Source of the DNA: Heptranchias perlo
Taxonomy: Eukaryota
Reading direction: 5' to 3'
Assembly: GCF_035084215.1 (NCBI RefSeq)
Contig: NC_090363.1
Coordinates: forward strand, 13,268,001 to 13,332,000
Length of the DNA stretch: 64,000 bases
A model generated the notes under the pieces. It saw only the letters and a list, made by a program, of their open reading frames with translations, was not told the DNA's origin and did not search any database. A program made the translations under genes and the position numbers. Positions 11,617-22,667 of the stretch are shown here, one piece after another. Position 1 is the stretch's first letter; every line of letters starts with the position of its first letter.

Positions 11617-12983
11617 GCCCTGCCTCGCTGACTCTAAACCCTGTCACGGCAAATCCGTGGCTTACTTTGTCTGAGGACCTGACAAGCGTGAGACATGGGA
11701 GTGAGGAGCAGCGATTCCCTGACAACCCTCAGAGATTTGACCTGTGTCCCTGTGTCCTCAGCTCTGACGGATTCACATCGGGGAAGCACTACTGGGAGGT
11801 GAGAGTGGGGAACAAGACCACCTGGACTGTGGGGGTGGCCCGCGAGTCAATCAACAGGAAGGGGGAAATCATACTATCGCCTTCCAATGGATACTGGGCG
11901 GTGGGACTGAGGAACGGGTCTAAATACAAGGCGTTTACCCCATCGCTGACTGATCTCTGCCTGGATATGAAACCCAGGGAGATTGGAGTTTACCTGGACT
12001 ATGAGGGAGGACAAGTATCCTTTTATAATGCTGGTGACATGTCCCATCTTCACACCTTCAGTGACACATTCACTGAGAAGCTCTTTGCTTTCTTCAGTCC
12101 AGGGTTGAATCATGGCAGTAAAAATGCTGAACCCCTTCAGCTGCTTCACTCGATCGTTACAAATCCCAACACCGAGGAGGATGGAACTAGTTCCTGCCCA
12201 GATCTTGAAAGGGAAGATGCAACAATCACCACTTCCAAGGGGAATGCTGTCCACTTGGATCGGAGAGTGTGGCAATGGGCTTGGCTGTGCTTTGGCTTAT
12301 TGGTCTTACTGGGAGCCGCCTCACCAGGAAACGCTAATTTCACGGAGATATACTTGGTGTGTTGTAGTATGCTGGGATTTGTTGGTTTATGCTGGTCGCT
12401 GCTGGATAACAAAAGTCTTGCAGGGATTTCCTGGGTGTACTGCGGCGTACTGGGCTACGCTGGGATGTGTTGCTTACTGCTGGCTCATGCTGGACTTGTT
12501 GGAATCTGCTTGGTTACGTTGAGCTTACTTGGGTTGTGTGTTGCTTCAAAAAGTTACATTGGGCCGCTCTGTGTGGTGCTGAGCTATGCAAGCCTTGTTG
12601 GACTATTATGGTTATTGGACAATGATATTTGGATGTGGTGGGTCTGCTGTGGCTTGCTGGGGCATGCTGGCTCATGCTTGTCTTCGTTAGGCTATGACAA
12701 TGGTGCTGAGATTTGCTGGTGGTGTTGTGGTACAAAGGGGTACGTTGGATTGTGTCTTCTACTGGTGAGCTTTTATGGACTTGTTGGTTTATGCTGGATT
12801 ACAGTGGGCATCATTGGGCTATGCTTGGCTCTGACAGGCTACGTTCGGAACCATTGGATTACGGCTGGCTTGCTGGGCTACAGTGGCGTATGGTGTGTCT
12901 TGGTGGGCAACGCTGAGCTTTCTGCAGTTACACTGGGCGTCGCTAGTTTCTCATGGTCATGTTGGTCCTATTATTCCCACTAA
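11617..12983 (+). CDS. TRIM exon 6: PRY/SPRY (B30.2) plus long multi-TM C-terminal extension
   Basis: [44 protein letters not shown]; frame stays open about 280 aa further to TAA; spliced CDS 2232 nt = 743 aa. Confidence 0.9.
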
Positions 12984-13314
12984 GTTTGGTTTGTACAACT
13001 ACCCTGCCCTTGAGTTCTACGCAGATTGATAAACCTGTACTGTCCATTGCTTTTTGCCAACCTAAACCACAACTACATAAACATGCAGTGGGACTTAATC
13101 TGGACCTTTACTCCGTATCTCTGGACCATCTGTGTTCCTGCCTGTGACCATGTGCTTTCTCAGCCAACACCAGTTGTCCTATCATTCAATTTCTAAATTT
13201 GTTGGTGAAAGTAGGACCAGCCATCTTTTAAGAGATTCATCCCTTTTACGTTTTCTCTCCAATTTTCTCTCCTTTCTTTTAAAAGACTAATGAAAAAGTA
13301 TTTTTGATTACAAT

Positions 13315-13690
13315 TTCTGTCTCTCTCTGTCTGTGGCCCTCGCTGTCTTGGTCTGTCTGTCTGTGGCCCTCGCTGTCTCTGTCTGTCTGTCTATGGCCCT
13401 CGCTGTCTCTATCTGTCTGTCTGTGGCCCTCGCTGTCTCTATCTGTCTGTCTGTGGCCCTCGCTGTCTCTATCTGTCTGTCTGTGGCCCTCGCTGTCTCT
13501 ATCTGTCTGTGGCCCTCGCTGTCTCTATCTGTCTGTCTGTGGCCCTCGCTGTCTCTGTCTGTCTGTGGCCCTCACTGTCTCTGTCTGTCTGTGGCCCTCG
13601 CTGTCTCTATCTGTCTGTCTGTGGCCCTCACTGTCTCTGTCTGTCTGTCTGTGGCCCTCACTGTCTCTGTCTGTCTGTCTGTGGCTCTCA
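13315..13690. repeat. About 30-bp CT-rich minisatellite
   Basis: unit gtctgtctgtctgtggccctcgctgtctct. Confidence 0.9.
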
Positions 13691-14154
13691 TATCTTCTTT
13701 ATACCTTTCTCTCTCAGCCCCTCGCTAGCACTCTCCACTGCTCTCCGCTTGCGCTCTGCCTCTCTCGCTCTCTGATCCGTCTGTCTTTAGTCTCTCTGGG
13801 CATCGGACACCCTCGTTTCAGATGTCCAAAAATTTCAATTTAAACCAGAGATTAAAAATCTTGAGTAAGGTCAGATTGCCTGAAGCATAATTTCAATATT
13901 TAGTAAGTGACAATATTTAAGCTCAAACGTTGCAGAAAAGAGACCACAGAAAAGTTATTACAGGTTCATGTTGGAACATAAGGTGAGGAAGAAAGTTATA
14001 TAGCAGGTTGTGTGAAGAACGTAGCACTAGAAAACGAAGATTGCCACTGAAAGAAGAAGACTGCTTCGGACTCCCGAGGAGAGACTCCAAAAGCTTGAAC
14101 CAACATGTAAAACCATCGGGATTCACCGCACAGAAGGAGGCCATTTGGTCCATT

Positions 14155-14393
14155 GGGGGTGATTTTAAACCCCAAAAACGGGTGGGTTGGGGGTGGGCGG
14201 GAGTTGAAAATAGTTGTTTTTTTGGGACCGCAAAATTTTCGGACTTTGCATTCCCAGTGTGAAGCCTGGACTTTTCCGCCCCGACGTTAAACCCGGAAAT
14301 AAAGCCGGGTTGCGGTCGCGACCCAAAAAAACAACTATTTTCAACTCCCGCCCGCCCCCAACCCACCTGTCCTTGGGGTTTAAAATCACCCCC
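14155..14393. mobile_element. Palindromic MITE (non-autonomous DNA transposon)
   Basis: about 70-bp TIRs GGGGGTGATTTTAAACCCCAA.. / ..TTGGGGTTTAAAATCACCCCC; second copy at about 51237-51471. Confidence 0.8.
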
Positions 14394-14929
14394 TCTTGAC
14401 GTAGCTTTTCCCAATTCAACCTGTCAAAACCCTGAAGTCATTGTGGCAAAAGTGATGTATATTTCCAGTGCTTTCTTTAAAACTCGCCGTTGTTCCAGGG
14501 AGTTTAAAGGGCGCGGTAGAGCCAGGTTTTGGCAGCAGGCCTGCTCTAAAACAATGTTTGAAGGTATTTTTTGATGTGGGCCCTCCCTGCTAACGATCTT
14601 GAGAGAGAGTCTAACACGCAGTCCTGCAAGTACGCGCAGATTCTGTGATTGGTTCAGTTTGCCGTGAATTTGAGAGGTCAAATATTCGAAATCCCAGGGG
14701 TCCCAATTTCCAGGATCTATTAAAGGAAAGTGGTGGTTTGTCCAAATGAACAGTTGGCAGTTAGCAGAGAGGCGAAGAGAAGATTTGACCATCTCAGAAG
14801 AGACAGGTTGAGAAACCTGAAAGAGAGAGAAATACACTGGCAGTAAAATTCAACCTCGGCAGAGGCACAAAACTGGTGGTTGCGGATCACCCGCCTGTTA
14901 CGTGCCCCACCAATTACGTGCCCCACCAA

Positions 14930-15620
14930 TTATGCGCCCCACCCGTTACATGCCCACCAGTTATACACCGCTCCCTATCATGCGCCCACCCGTCATACGC
15001 CCCCCGTCATACGCCCACCCGTTATACGCCGCCCTTCATACACCCCGTCATACGCCCCCCGTCATACGCCCACCCGTCATACGCCCACCCGTCATACACC
15101 CCGTCATACGCCCACCCGTTATACGCCGCCCTTCATACACCCCGTCATACGCCCACCCGTTATACGCCGCCCTTCATACACCCCGTCATACGCCCCCCGT
15201 CATACGCCCACCCGTCATACGCCCACCCGTCATACACCCCGTCATACGCCCACCCGTTATACGCCGCCCTTCATACACCCCGTCATACGCCCACCCGTTA
15301 TACGCTGCCCTTCATACACCCCGTCATACGCCCCCCGTCATGTGCCCACCCGTTATACGCTGCCCTTCATACACCCCCCGTCATACGCCCACCCGTCATA
15401 CAGCCTCCCGTTATACAACCTCCCGTCATACATCCCGCCCGTCATACGCCCACCCATCATATGCCCGCCCGTCATACGCCCATCTGTCATTCATCAACCC
15501 GTCATACATCCCGCCCGTCATACGCCCACCCATCATACGCCCGCCCGTCATACGCCCACCCATCATACGCCCGCCCGTCATACGCCCACCCATCATATGC
15601 CCGCCCGTCATACACCCCTC
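14930..15620. repeat. Degenerate C-rich minisatellite
   Basis: ccgtcatacgcccacc-type units. Confidence 0.9.
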
Positions 15621-16564
15621 CCATTCACCTTTACATTTGAAGTCAACGGATAGGACAACCAGGCAGGTGTGCAAAAGGCAGCTAATACACTACTGCCCAT
15701 TACTTGCCCCCTGCTGGAGTTAAGTTTTACTCCCCCTGCGCACTTCAAAATCATTTTTAAAAGTTTAGCTCAGTTCTGCTTTATTAATTATTTTATTATA
15801 CTTAAAGACTTCCTACGGATGGGTATATAACTGTCGTATCAAAACCTCGCAATGCTCTCCTGAAGACAAATTTAAACATACACGCTTTTGAAGGCTGAAG
15901 TGAGATCTGAAGGAAAAGTGAGGTGATCCAGTACCTTAGAGCAAGTATCAAGCAGGGTTTGATGCTCGTTCATCCAGATGCTGCAGGAAAATCTTACCAG
16001 ATCTCAAAACAAAGATTGATCCTCTTGATGATTTGGGACTCACCCATGAGTGATCTGAGATATGAGTCAAAACAATCTCCAATACAAAGGTTTAAAAAGA
16101 CCCAAAAATGTAACAGAGAGAGACACTGATCTGTTTCGATATATAGTTACCTGATCAAAGCAATCCTGTGTCTTTATATTTCATCCAAGCTAACATTTAA
16201 TGCTGGAATTATGAGTTGTGTTATACAAACTACAAGAGTTAACTGTGCAAAACTCATGCTGTAACCCTGCAAATTGCCTCTCACTGTTTTGATGTGTTAG
16301 ATCGAACCCAGCTTAAGCTGTGCAACTTGTGAAAAACAAGTTTATTCCTGTGTTTATGATGATTTGATTTGTGTTGCTTCATGCTAAGTATTAGGTGACC
16401 TTGGAGACTGAATGTTGCAATGGAGGTGCTTATGATTAATATGCCCACAGCTGGAGTGTTGTACATATACTGAAATAAAGTACTGATTCCGAGGGACCCA
16501 GAGTGTTGTGCAAAGTTCTTGAGGAATACTTAGTGGATTAGTGGCCTCCATGAACTTAAGCTCA

Positions 16565-17035
16565 TTCTGCTGACCTTTTCCTAACTCGCACCAAGTCCCG
16601 TTCACCCATCACTCCCTGTGCTCGCTGACCAACATTGGCTCCCGGTCCCCGAACTCCTCCGTTTAAAAAAATCACATCCTGGTTTTCAAATCCCTCCATG
16701 GCCTCGCCCCTCCCTATCTCTGTAACCTCCTCCAGCCCCGCAACCCTCCGAGGTCTGCGCTCCTCCGACTCTGGCCTCTTGCGCATCCCCGATTTTCGTC
16801 GTTCCACCATTGGTAGCCGTGCCTTCAGCCGCCTCGGCCCCAAACTCTGGAATTCCCTCCCTAAACCTCTCCGCCTCTCTCTCCTCCTTAAAACCTACCT
16901 CTTTGGCCAAGCTTTTGGTCACCTGTCCTAATATCTCCTTATGCGGCTCTGTGTCAAATTTTATTTGATAATCGCTCCTGTGAAGCGCCTTGGGACGTTT
17001 TACTACGTTAAAGGCGCTATATAAATGCAACTTGT
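16565..17035 (+). mobile_element. L2 LINE 3' end
   Basis: same sequence family as 2470-3107; tail aaggcgctatataaatgcaa. Confidence 0.8.
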
Positions 17036-17129
17036 GTCTGTTTTAGATTGCTTCTCATAACTGTCCATTCCACAGAATCCTGGATTTCTTTTCTATTGCT
17101 CCCATCCCGCTGTTCCACAAACTCCATCT

Positions 17130-18349
17130 CTTTGGCTCTCCCATTCCACAGATCCCTCCTCTCTCTCCCATTCCACAGATCCCTCCTCTCCCATTCCACA
17201 GATCCCTCCCCTCGTCCCATTCCACAGATCCCTCCTCTCTCCCATTCCACAGATCCCTCCTCTCTCCCCATTCCACAGATCCCCCCTCTCTCCCATTCCT
17301 CAGATCCCTCCCCTCTCTCCCATTCCACAGATCCCTCCTCTCTCTCCCATTCCTCAGATCCCTCCTCTCTCCCATTCCACAGATCCCTCCTCTCTCTCCC
17401 ATTCCTCAGATCCCTCCCCTCTCTCCCATTCCACAGATCCCTCCTCTCTCTCCCATTCCACAGATCCCTCCTCTCTCTCCCATTCCACAGATCCCTCCTC
17501 TCCCATTCCACAGATCCCTCCCTCGTCCCATTCCACAGATCCCTCCTCTCTCCCATTCCACAGATCCCTCCTCTCTCCCATTCCACAGATCCCTCCCCTC
17601 TCCCATTCCACAGATTCCTCCTCTCTCTCCCCATTCCACAGATCCCTCCTCTCTCTCCCATTCCACAGATCCCTCCTCTCTCCCATTCCACAGATCCCTC
17701 CTCTCTCCCCATTCCTCAGATCCCTCCTCTCTCCCATTCCACAGATCCCTCCCCTGTCTCCCATTCCACAGATCCCTCCTCTCTCCCCCATTCCACAGAT
17801 CCCTCCTCTCTCTCCCATTCCACAGATCCCTCCTCTCTCCCATTCCACAGATCCCTCCTCTCTCTCCCATTCCTCAGATCCCTCCTCTCTCCCATTCCAC
17901 AGATCCCTCCCTCTCTCTCCCATTCCACAGATCCCTCCTCTCTCTCCCATTCCACAGATCCCTCCTCTCTCCCCATTCCACAGATCCCTCCTCTCTCTCC
18001 CATTCCACAGATCCCTCCTCTCTCTCCCATTCCACAGATCCCTCCCCTCTCTCCCCATTCCACAGATCCCTCCCTCTCTCCCATTCCACAGATCCCTCCT
18101 CTCTCCCATTCCACAGATCCCTCCTCTCTCCCATTCCACAGATCCCTCCCCTCTCCCATTCCACAGATCCCTCCTCTCTCCCCCATTCCACAGATCCCTC
18201 CTCTCTCCCATTCCACAGATCCCTCCTCTCTCTCCCATTCCTCAGATCCCTCCCCTCTCCCGAGTGCCTCAGATCCCTCCTCTCTCTCCCATTCCACAGA
18301 TCCCTCTCTCTCTTCGCCATTCTCACAGATCCTCTCCTCTCTCTCGAGA
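17130..18349. repeat. About 26-30-bp pyrimidine-rich minisatellite running into the gap
   Basis: unit ccattccacagatccctcctctctct. Confidence 0.95.
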
Positions 18350-18549
18350 NNNNNNNNNNNNNNNNNNNNNNNNNNNNNNNNNNNNNNNNNNNNNNNNNNN
18401 NNNNNNNNNNNNNNNNNNNNNNNNNNNNNNNNNNNNNNNNNNNNNNNNNNNNNNNNNNNNNNNNNNNNNNNNNNNNNNNNNNNNNNNNNNNNNNNNNNNN
18501 NNNNNNNNNNNNNNNNNNNNNNNNNNNNNNNNNNNNNNNNNNNNNNNNN
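18350..18549. other. Assembly gap (200 N)
   Basis: run of n; the round length suggests a placeholder of unknown true size. Confidence 1.
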
Positions 18550-18757
18550 TTAATATTTTTTAATTCATTCGTGGGATGTGGGCGTCGCTGGCAAGGCCAG
18601 CATTTATTGCCCATCCCGAACTGCCCTTGACATTAACCTGCCCATTTCTCTCTTCAGCTGCTGACCGGCCTTGGAGGCATTTCCTCTTTTAATTCTGTTT
18701 CCTTCCTTTCTGCACACGCCCTCGCTGACCCTTGACTCTGGAACTGTGTCTCCGCAG

Positions 18758-18853
18758 GGTACGTTCCTGGTGACCCAGGCTGTTGCCAAAGCGCTGATCG
18801 CCAGCGGTGCCAAGAAGGGCGCCATCATCAACCTGGGGAGCATTGTGGGTAAG
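18758..18853 (+). CDS. HSD17B8: HSD17B8 exon 4 (first visible)
   Basis: GTFLVTQAVAKAL..GAIINLGSIVGK, cag|..|gtac. Confidence 0.92.
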
Positions 18854-19109
18854 GTACGGACAGATGGCATGATGCCAAGGCTCTGGGGCTGGCGCCTTTA
18901 TTCACCGTTCTGTTGTAAATGGTAGAGGGGGGGAAATGCTCACATTGTGTGTCTCTCTTTTCCTTCTCCCCGCTCTACATTTCCCTCCCCTGAAGCCTCC
19001 TTGCTGGGGTTTTTGTTCCAGGTGATGGGCTCCCTCCAGTGCATTATCCGAGTGACCAATCTTCGAGGGTGTGGGCCTGGACCCATGCGTGTTTACAAGC
19101 TGCATTTCA

Positions 19110-19712
19110 CTGCTTTTCGTGACAGAGAGGCGGAAGTTATACTCCAGCTCTGGTTAGACCCCATCTGGAGAGCCGCCTTCAGTTCTGGGCTCCGCAACTC
19201 AGTCTGGATATATTGGCCTTGGAGGGGGTGCAGCACAGATTCACCAGAATGATACTGGGGCTTAGAGGGTTAAATTGACAACAGGTTGCATAGACTGGGC
19301 TTGTGTTCACTCGAGTGTAGAAGATTAAGGGGTGATCTAATTGAGGTGTTTAAGACGATTAAAGGACTTGATAGCGTTGATAGAGAGAAACTATTTCCTC
19401 TGGTGGGGGGAGTCCAGAACAAGGAGGCATGGCCTTAAAATTAGAGCTGGGCTGTTCAGGGGTGATGCCAGGAAGCACTTCTTCACACAAAGGGGAGTGG
19501 AAATCTGGAACTCTCTTCCCCCAAAAAGCTGTTGAGGCTGGGGGTCAATTGAAAATTTCAAAACTGAGATTGATGGATTTTTATTAGGTAAGGGTATTAA
19601 GGGTTACAGAACCAAGACGGGTAGATGGAGTTAAGATACAGATCAGCCATGATCTAATTGAATGGCGGAACAGGCTCGAGGGGCTGAATGGCCTCCTCCT
19701 GTCCCTATTCCT
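19110..19712 (+). mobile_element. CR1 LINE 3' fragment, degraded
   Basis: HFFTQRGVEIWNSLP; CR1 3' UTR. Confidence 0.8.
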
Positions 19713-20084
19713 TTTTATTTGTGCTTATAAAGGTGAGGGATGTTGGTGCTGGGGATCGGGCACTCAGGCAGATATAAAGTAAAGCGCCCTCTACACTGTC
19801 CCAAAAACACGCCTGGGCCCCAGCCTCAGTACATTCCCCCTTTGGCCCAAGTGTGGCATTTTCAACCTCCCGAGATTTACAGGCAAATCTGGGGTCGTTT
19901 TGTGCTGTGGGCCCAGACCACTGGTTTGAGGGCTTCCTAATTTATGAGTTCAACATATTACTTTATTAGTCAAAAGTCCATGCAAACTTAATTAGACACT
20001 ACATTAATCGACAGTTAACAAGAATCTACCAGACCTATTCTAATACAAGCGACAATTAAACAGTTGACTGCATAGAAAGAACTT

Positions 20085-20330
20085 GCATTTATATAGCGCC
20101 TTTCACAACCTCAGGATGCCCCAAAGCACTTTACAGCCACTGAAGTACTTTGGAAGTGCAGTCACTGTTGTAATGTAGGAAACGCGGCAGCCGATCTGCG
20201 CACAGCAAGATCCCATAAACAGCAATGTGGTAAATGACCAGATCATCTGTTTTTTTTTTGAAGTGAAGTTGTTGAGGGATAAATATTGGCCCCAGGACAC
20301 CGGGGAGAGCTCCCCTGCTCTTCAAATAGT
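20085..20330 (-). mobile_element. Deu SINE 3' half
   Basis: reverse complement of the SINE tail. Confidence 0.75.
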
Positions 20331-20889
20331 GTCGACTCGTGCTTGAGACTCTTGGCTGGGTTCAGATGCCTCTCCTGTTCATATTTCAAGAGCCTTTTCT
20401 CTCTAACTATTTTGAACCGTCACATTTCCACCCCAAATGGTCACCTTTGTGACTTCTACACTTCACTTAAGTCAGCATGTTTCAGCTTGTGACCCGTAGG
20501 TTTTTAAGTTTAACTTTGCTGTGTGTCTTCTGACTCTCTGGTCGTCGAACAGATTGCTGAACAGACACAACCTGATACCGCTAATCAGTTCCCTGTCACA
20601 TTGTCTAAAGTGACCATCCTTTTAGAGAGAGGTCGAGTACCTTTCATTCCACAAGTCCCTGCCGCGTACCTGCCTGGCAGCTGGTAAATTAGCTGAAATG
20701 TTCTTGCTGTGTGGTTTGCTCAAGATATTTTCATCCCGAGTTAAGGAATTCAGAAAGGCTAACTTTATTTACCCAACATGGCTACATTTTATCCTACCCA
20801 TAATTCAAGTATTAACTGTTGCCTTGGTTTCAGTTTTTTAAAAAACCGACAAAAGCAAATGTATACTTGCTGCAACAAGGCTTTTATCA

Positions 20890-21270
20890 GTGATCTGATG
20901 GAGGTCTTTAAAACTATGAAAGGGTTTGGTAGGGTAGACGAAGAGAAGATGTTTCCACTTGCAGAGGAGACCAGAACTAGGGGCCATAAATATGAGATGG
21001 CCACTAATAAATCCAATGGGAAATTCAGGAGAAACTTCTTCACCCAGAGAGTGGTGAGAATGTGGAACTCGCTCCCACAAGGAGTAGTTGAGGTGAATAT
21101 CATAGATGCATTTAAGGGGAAGCTCGATAAACACATGAGGGAGAAAGGAATAGAAGGATATGCTGATAGGGTGAGATGAAGAGAAGTGGGAGGAGGCTCG
21201 TGCGGAGTATAAACACAGGCATAGACCAGTCGGGCCGAATGGCCTGTTTCTGTGCTGTTAATTCTGTGTA
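20890..21270 (+). mobile_element. CR1 LINE 3' fragment
   Basis: RRNFFTQRVVRMWNSLP. Confidence 0.85.
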
Positions 21271-21609
21271 ATTTATCCCATCAGCCTGGGCTCGATTTGA
21301 ATCGAGTGTCTGATCCACGGTACCTCCCAGCCCTCTGTTCGGGGCTTTCTTGTGCTTCACTGTCTTGTTTGAGGACGAAGCAAATCACTTGGGAACAAAA
21401 GTGCCCGACAGTGCCCGACCAGTGATCGTTCAGTGGGTTTAACACACGGCTGAAGAAAGATTGCTCCACGCAGCTCGGCTGGGTTCCGTTCTGACAGTGC
21501 CCCCGCTGTGAGTGGGATTGGACTGGCTCTGGACTGGCTCTGGGGTGGGTGGGCGGGGTGCTGCTCTATGTGAGAGGAGATTTACTCTACCGTTGAAATG
21601 TTCTGGCAG

Positions 21610-21695
21610 GTTGGAAATCTGGGACAGGCAAATTACACAGCATCCAAAGCTGGAGTGGTGGCTCTGACAAAGACCAGTGCGAAAGAACTGGCCAG
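21610..21695 (+). CDS. HSD17B8: HSD17B8 exon 5 (catalytic YxxxK)
   Basis: [29 protein letters not shown]. Confidence 0.93.
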
Positions 21696-22124
21696 GTACT
21701 CAGTATTGTGTGTCACTGGGGGTGTGTGTGTGTGTGTGTCACTGGGTATTACAAGGTCTGCCTTATACTGTGCATGTTATAGGGTGTGCGTTATACTGTG
21801 TGCCTGTTACAGGGTGTGCGTTATACCATGTGTTACGGGATGTGTGTTACACTGTGTTACTGTGTGTGCGTTATACTATGTATTACTGTGTGTGTTATAG
21901 GGTGTGCGTTATACTGTGTTACTGGGTGTGTGTTAGTGTATTACTGTGTGTGTTACAGGGTGTGCATATTACTGTGTGTTACTGTATGTGTTACAGAGTG
22001 TGCATTATACTATGTGTTACGTTGTGTGTTAGTGTGTATTACGTTGTGTGTTACAGTGTGAGTTACAGATCAGCTGTTGCATTCAGTGTATTACAATGCC
22101 ACCGTGTGTGTTATGATGTGTTTT

Positions 22125-22600
22125 TTTTGTTCGTTCATGGGATGTGGGCGTCGCTGGCAAGGCCGGCATTTATTGCCCATCCTTAATTGCCCTTGAGAAG
22201 GTGGTGGTGAGCCGCCGCCTTGAACCGCTGCAGTCCGTGTGGTGAAGGTTCTCCCACATTGCTGCTGGGTAGGGAGTTCCAGGATTTTGACCCAGCGATG
22301 ATGAAGGAACGGCGATATATTTCCAAGTCGGGATGGTGTGCGACTTGGAGGGGAACGTGCAGGTGGTGTTGTTCCAATGTTCCTGCTGCCCTTGTCCTTC
22401 TAGGTGGTAGAGGTCGCGGGTTTGGGAGGTGCTGTCGAAGAAGCCTTGGTGAGTTGCTGCAGTGCATCCTGTAGATGGTACACACTGCAGCCACGGTGCA
22501 CCGGTGGTGAAGGGAGTGAATGTTTAGGGTGGTGGATGGGGTGCCAATTAAGCAAACTGCTTTGTCCTGGATCGTGTCAAGCTTCTTGAGTGTTGTTGGA
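22125..22600 (-). mobile_element. Family B LINE 3' fragment inside TG-rich low complexity
   Basis: matches 3285-3903 in reverse. Confidence 0.85.
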
Positions 22601-22667
22601 ACACACCGTGTTACGTTGTGTGTTACAGTATGTCAATGTGGTCACATCAGCCATTCTGTCTGACTGG

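Noticed and set aside
17017-18614. Long ORFs (up to 501 aa) in tandem arrays, also at 1.2, 5.5, 14.9, 33, 39 and 42 kb
   Set aside because: They are translations of minisatellites or N runs, open in several frames, with no domain or splice support
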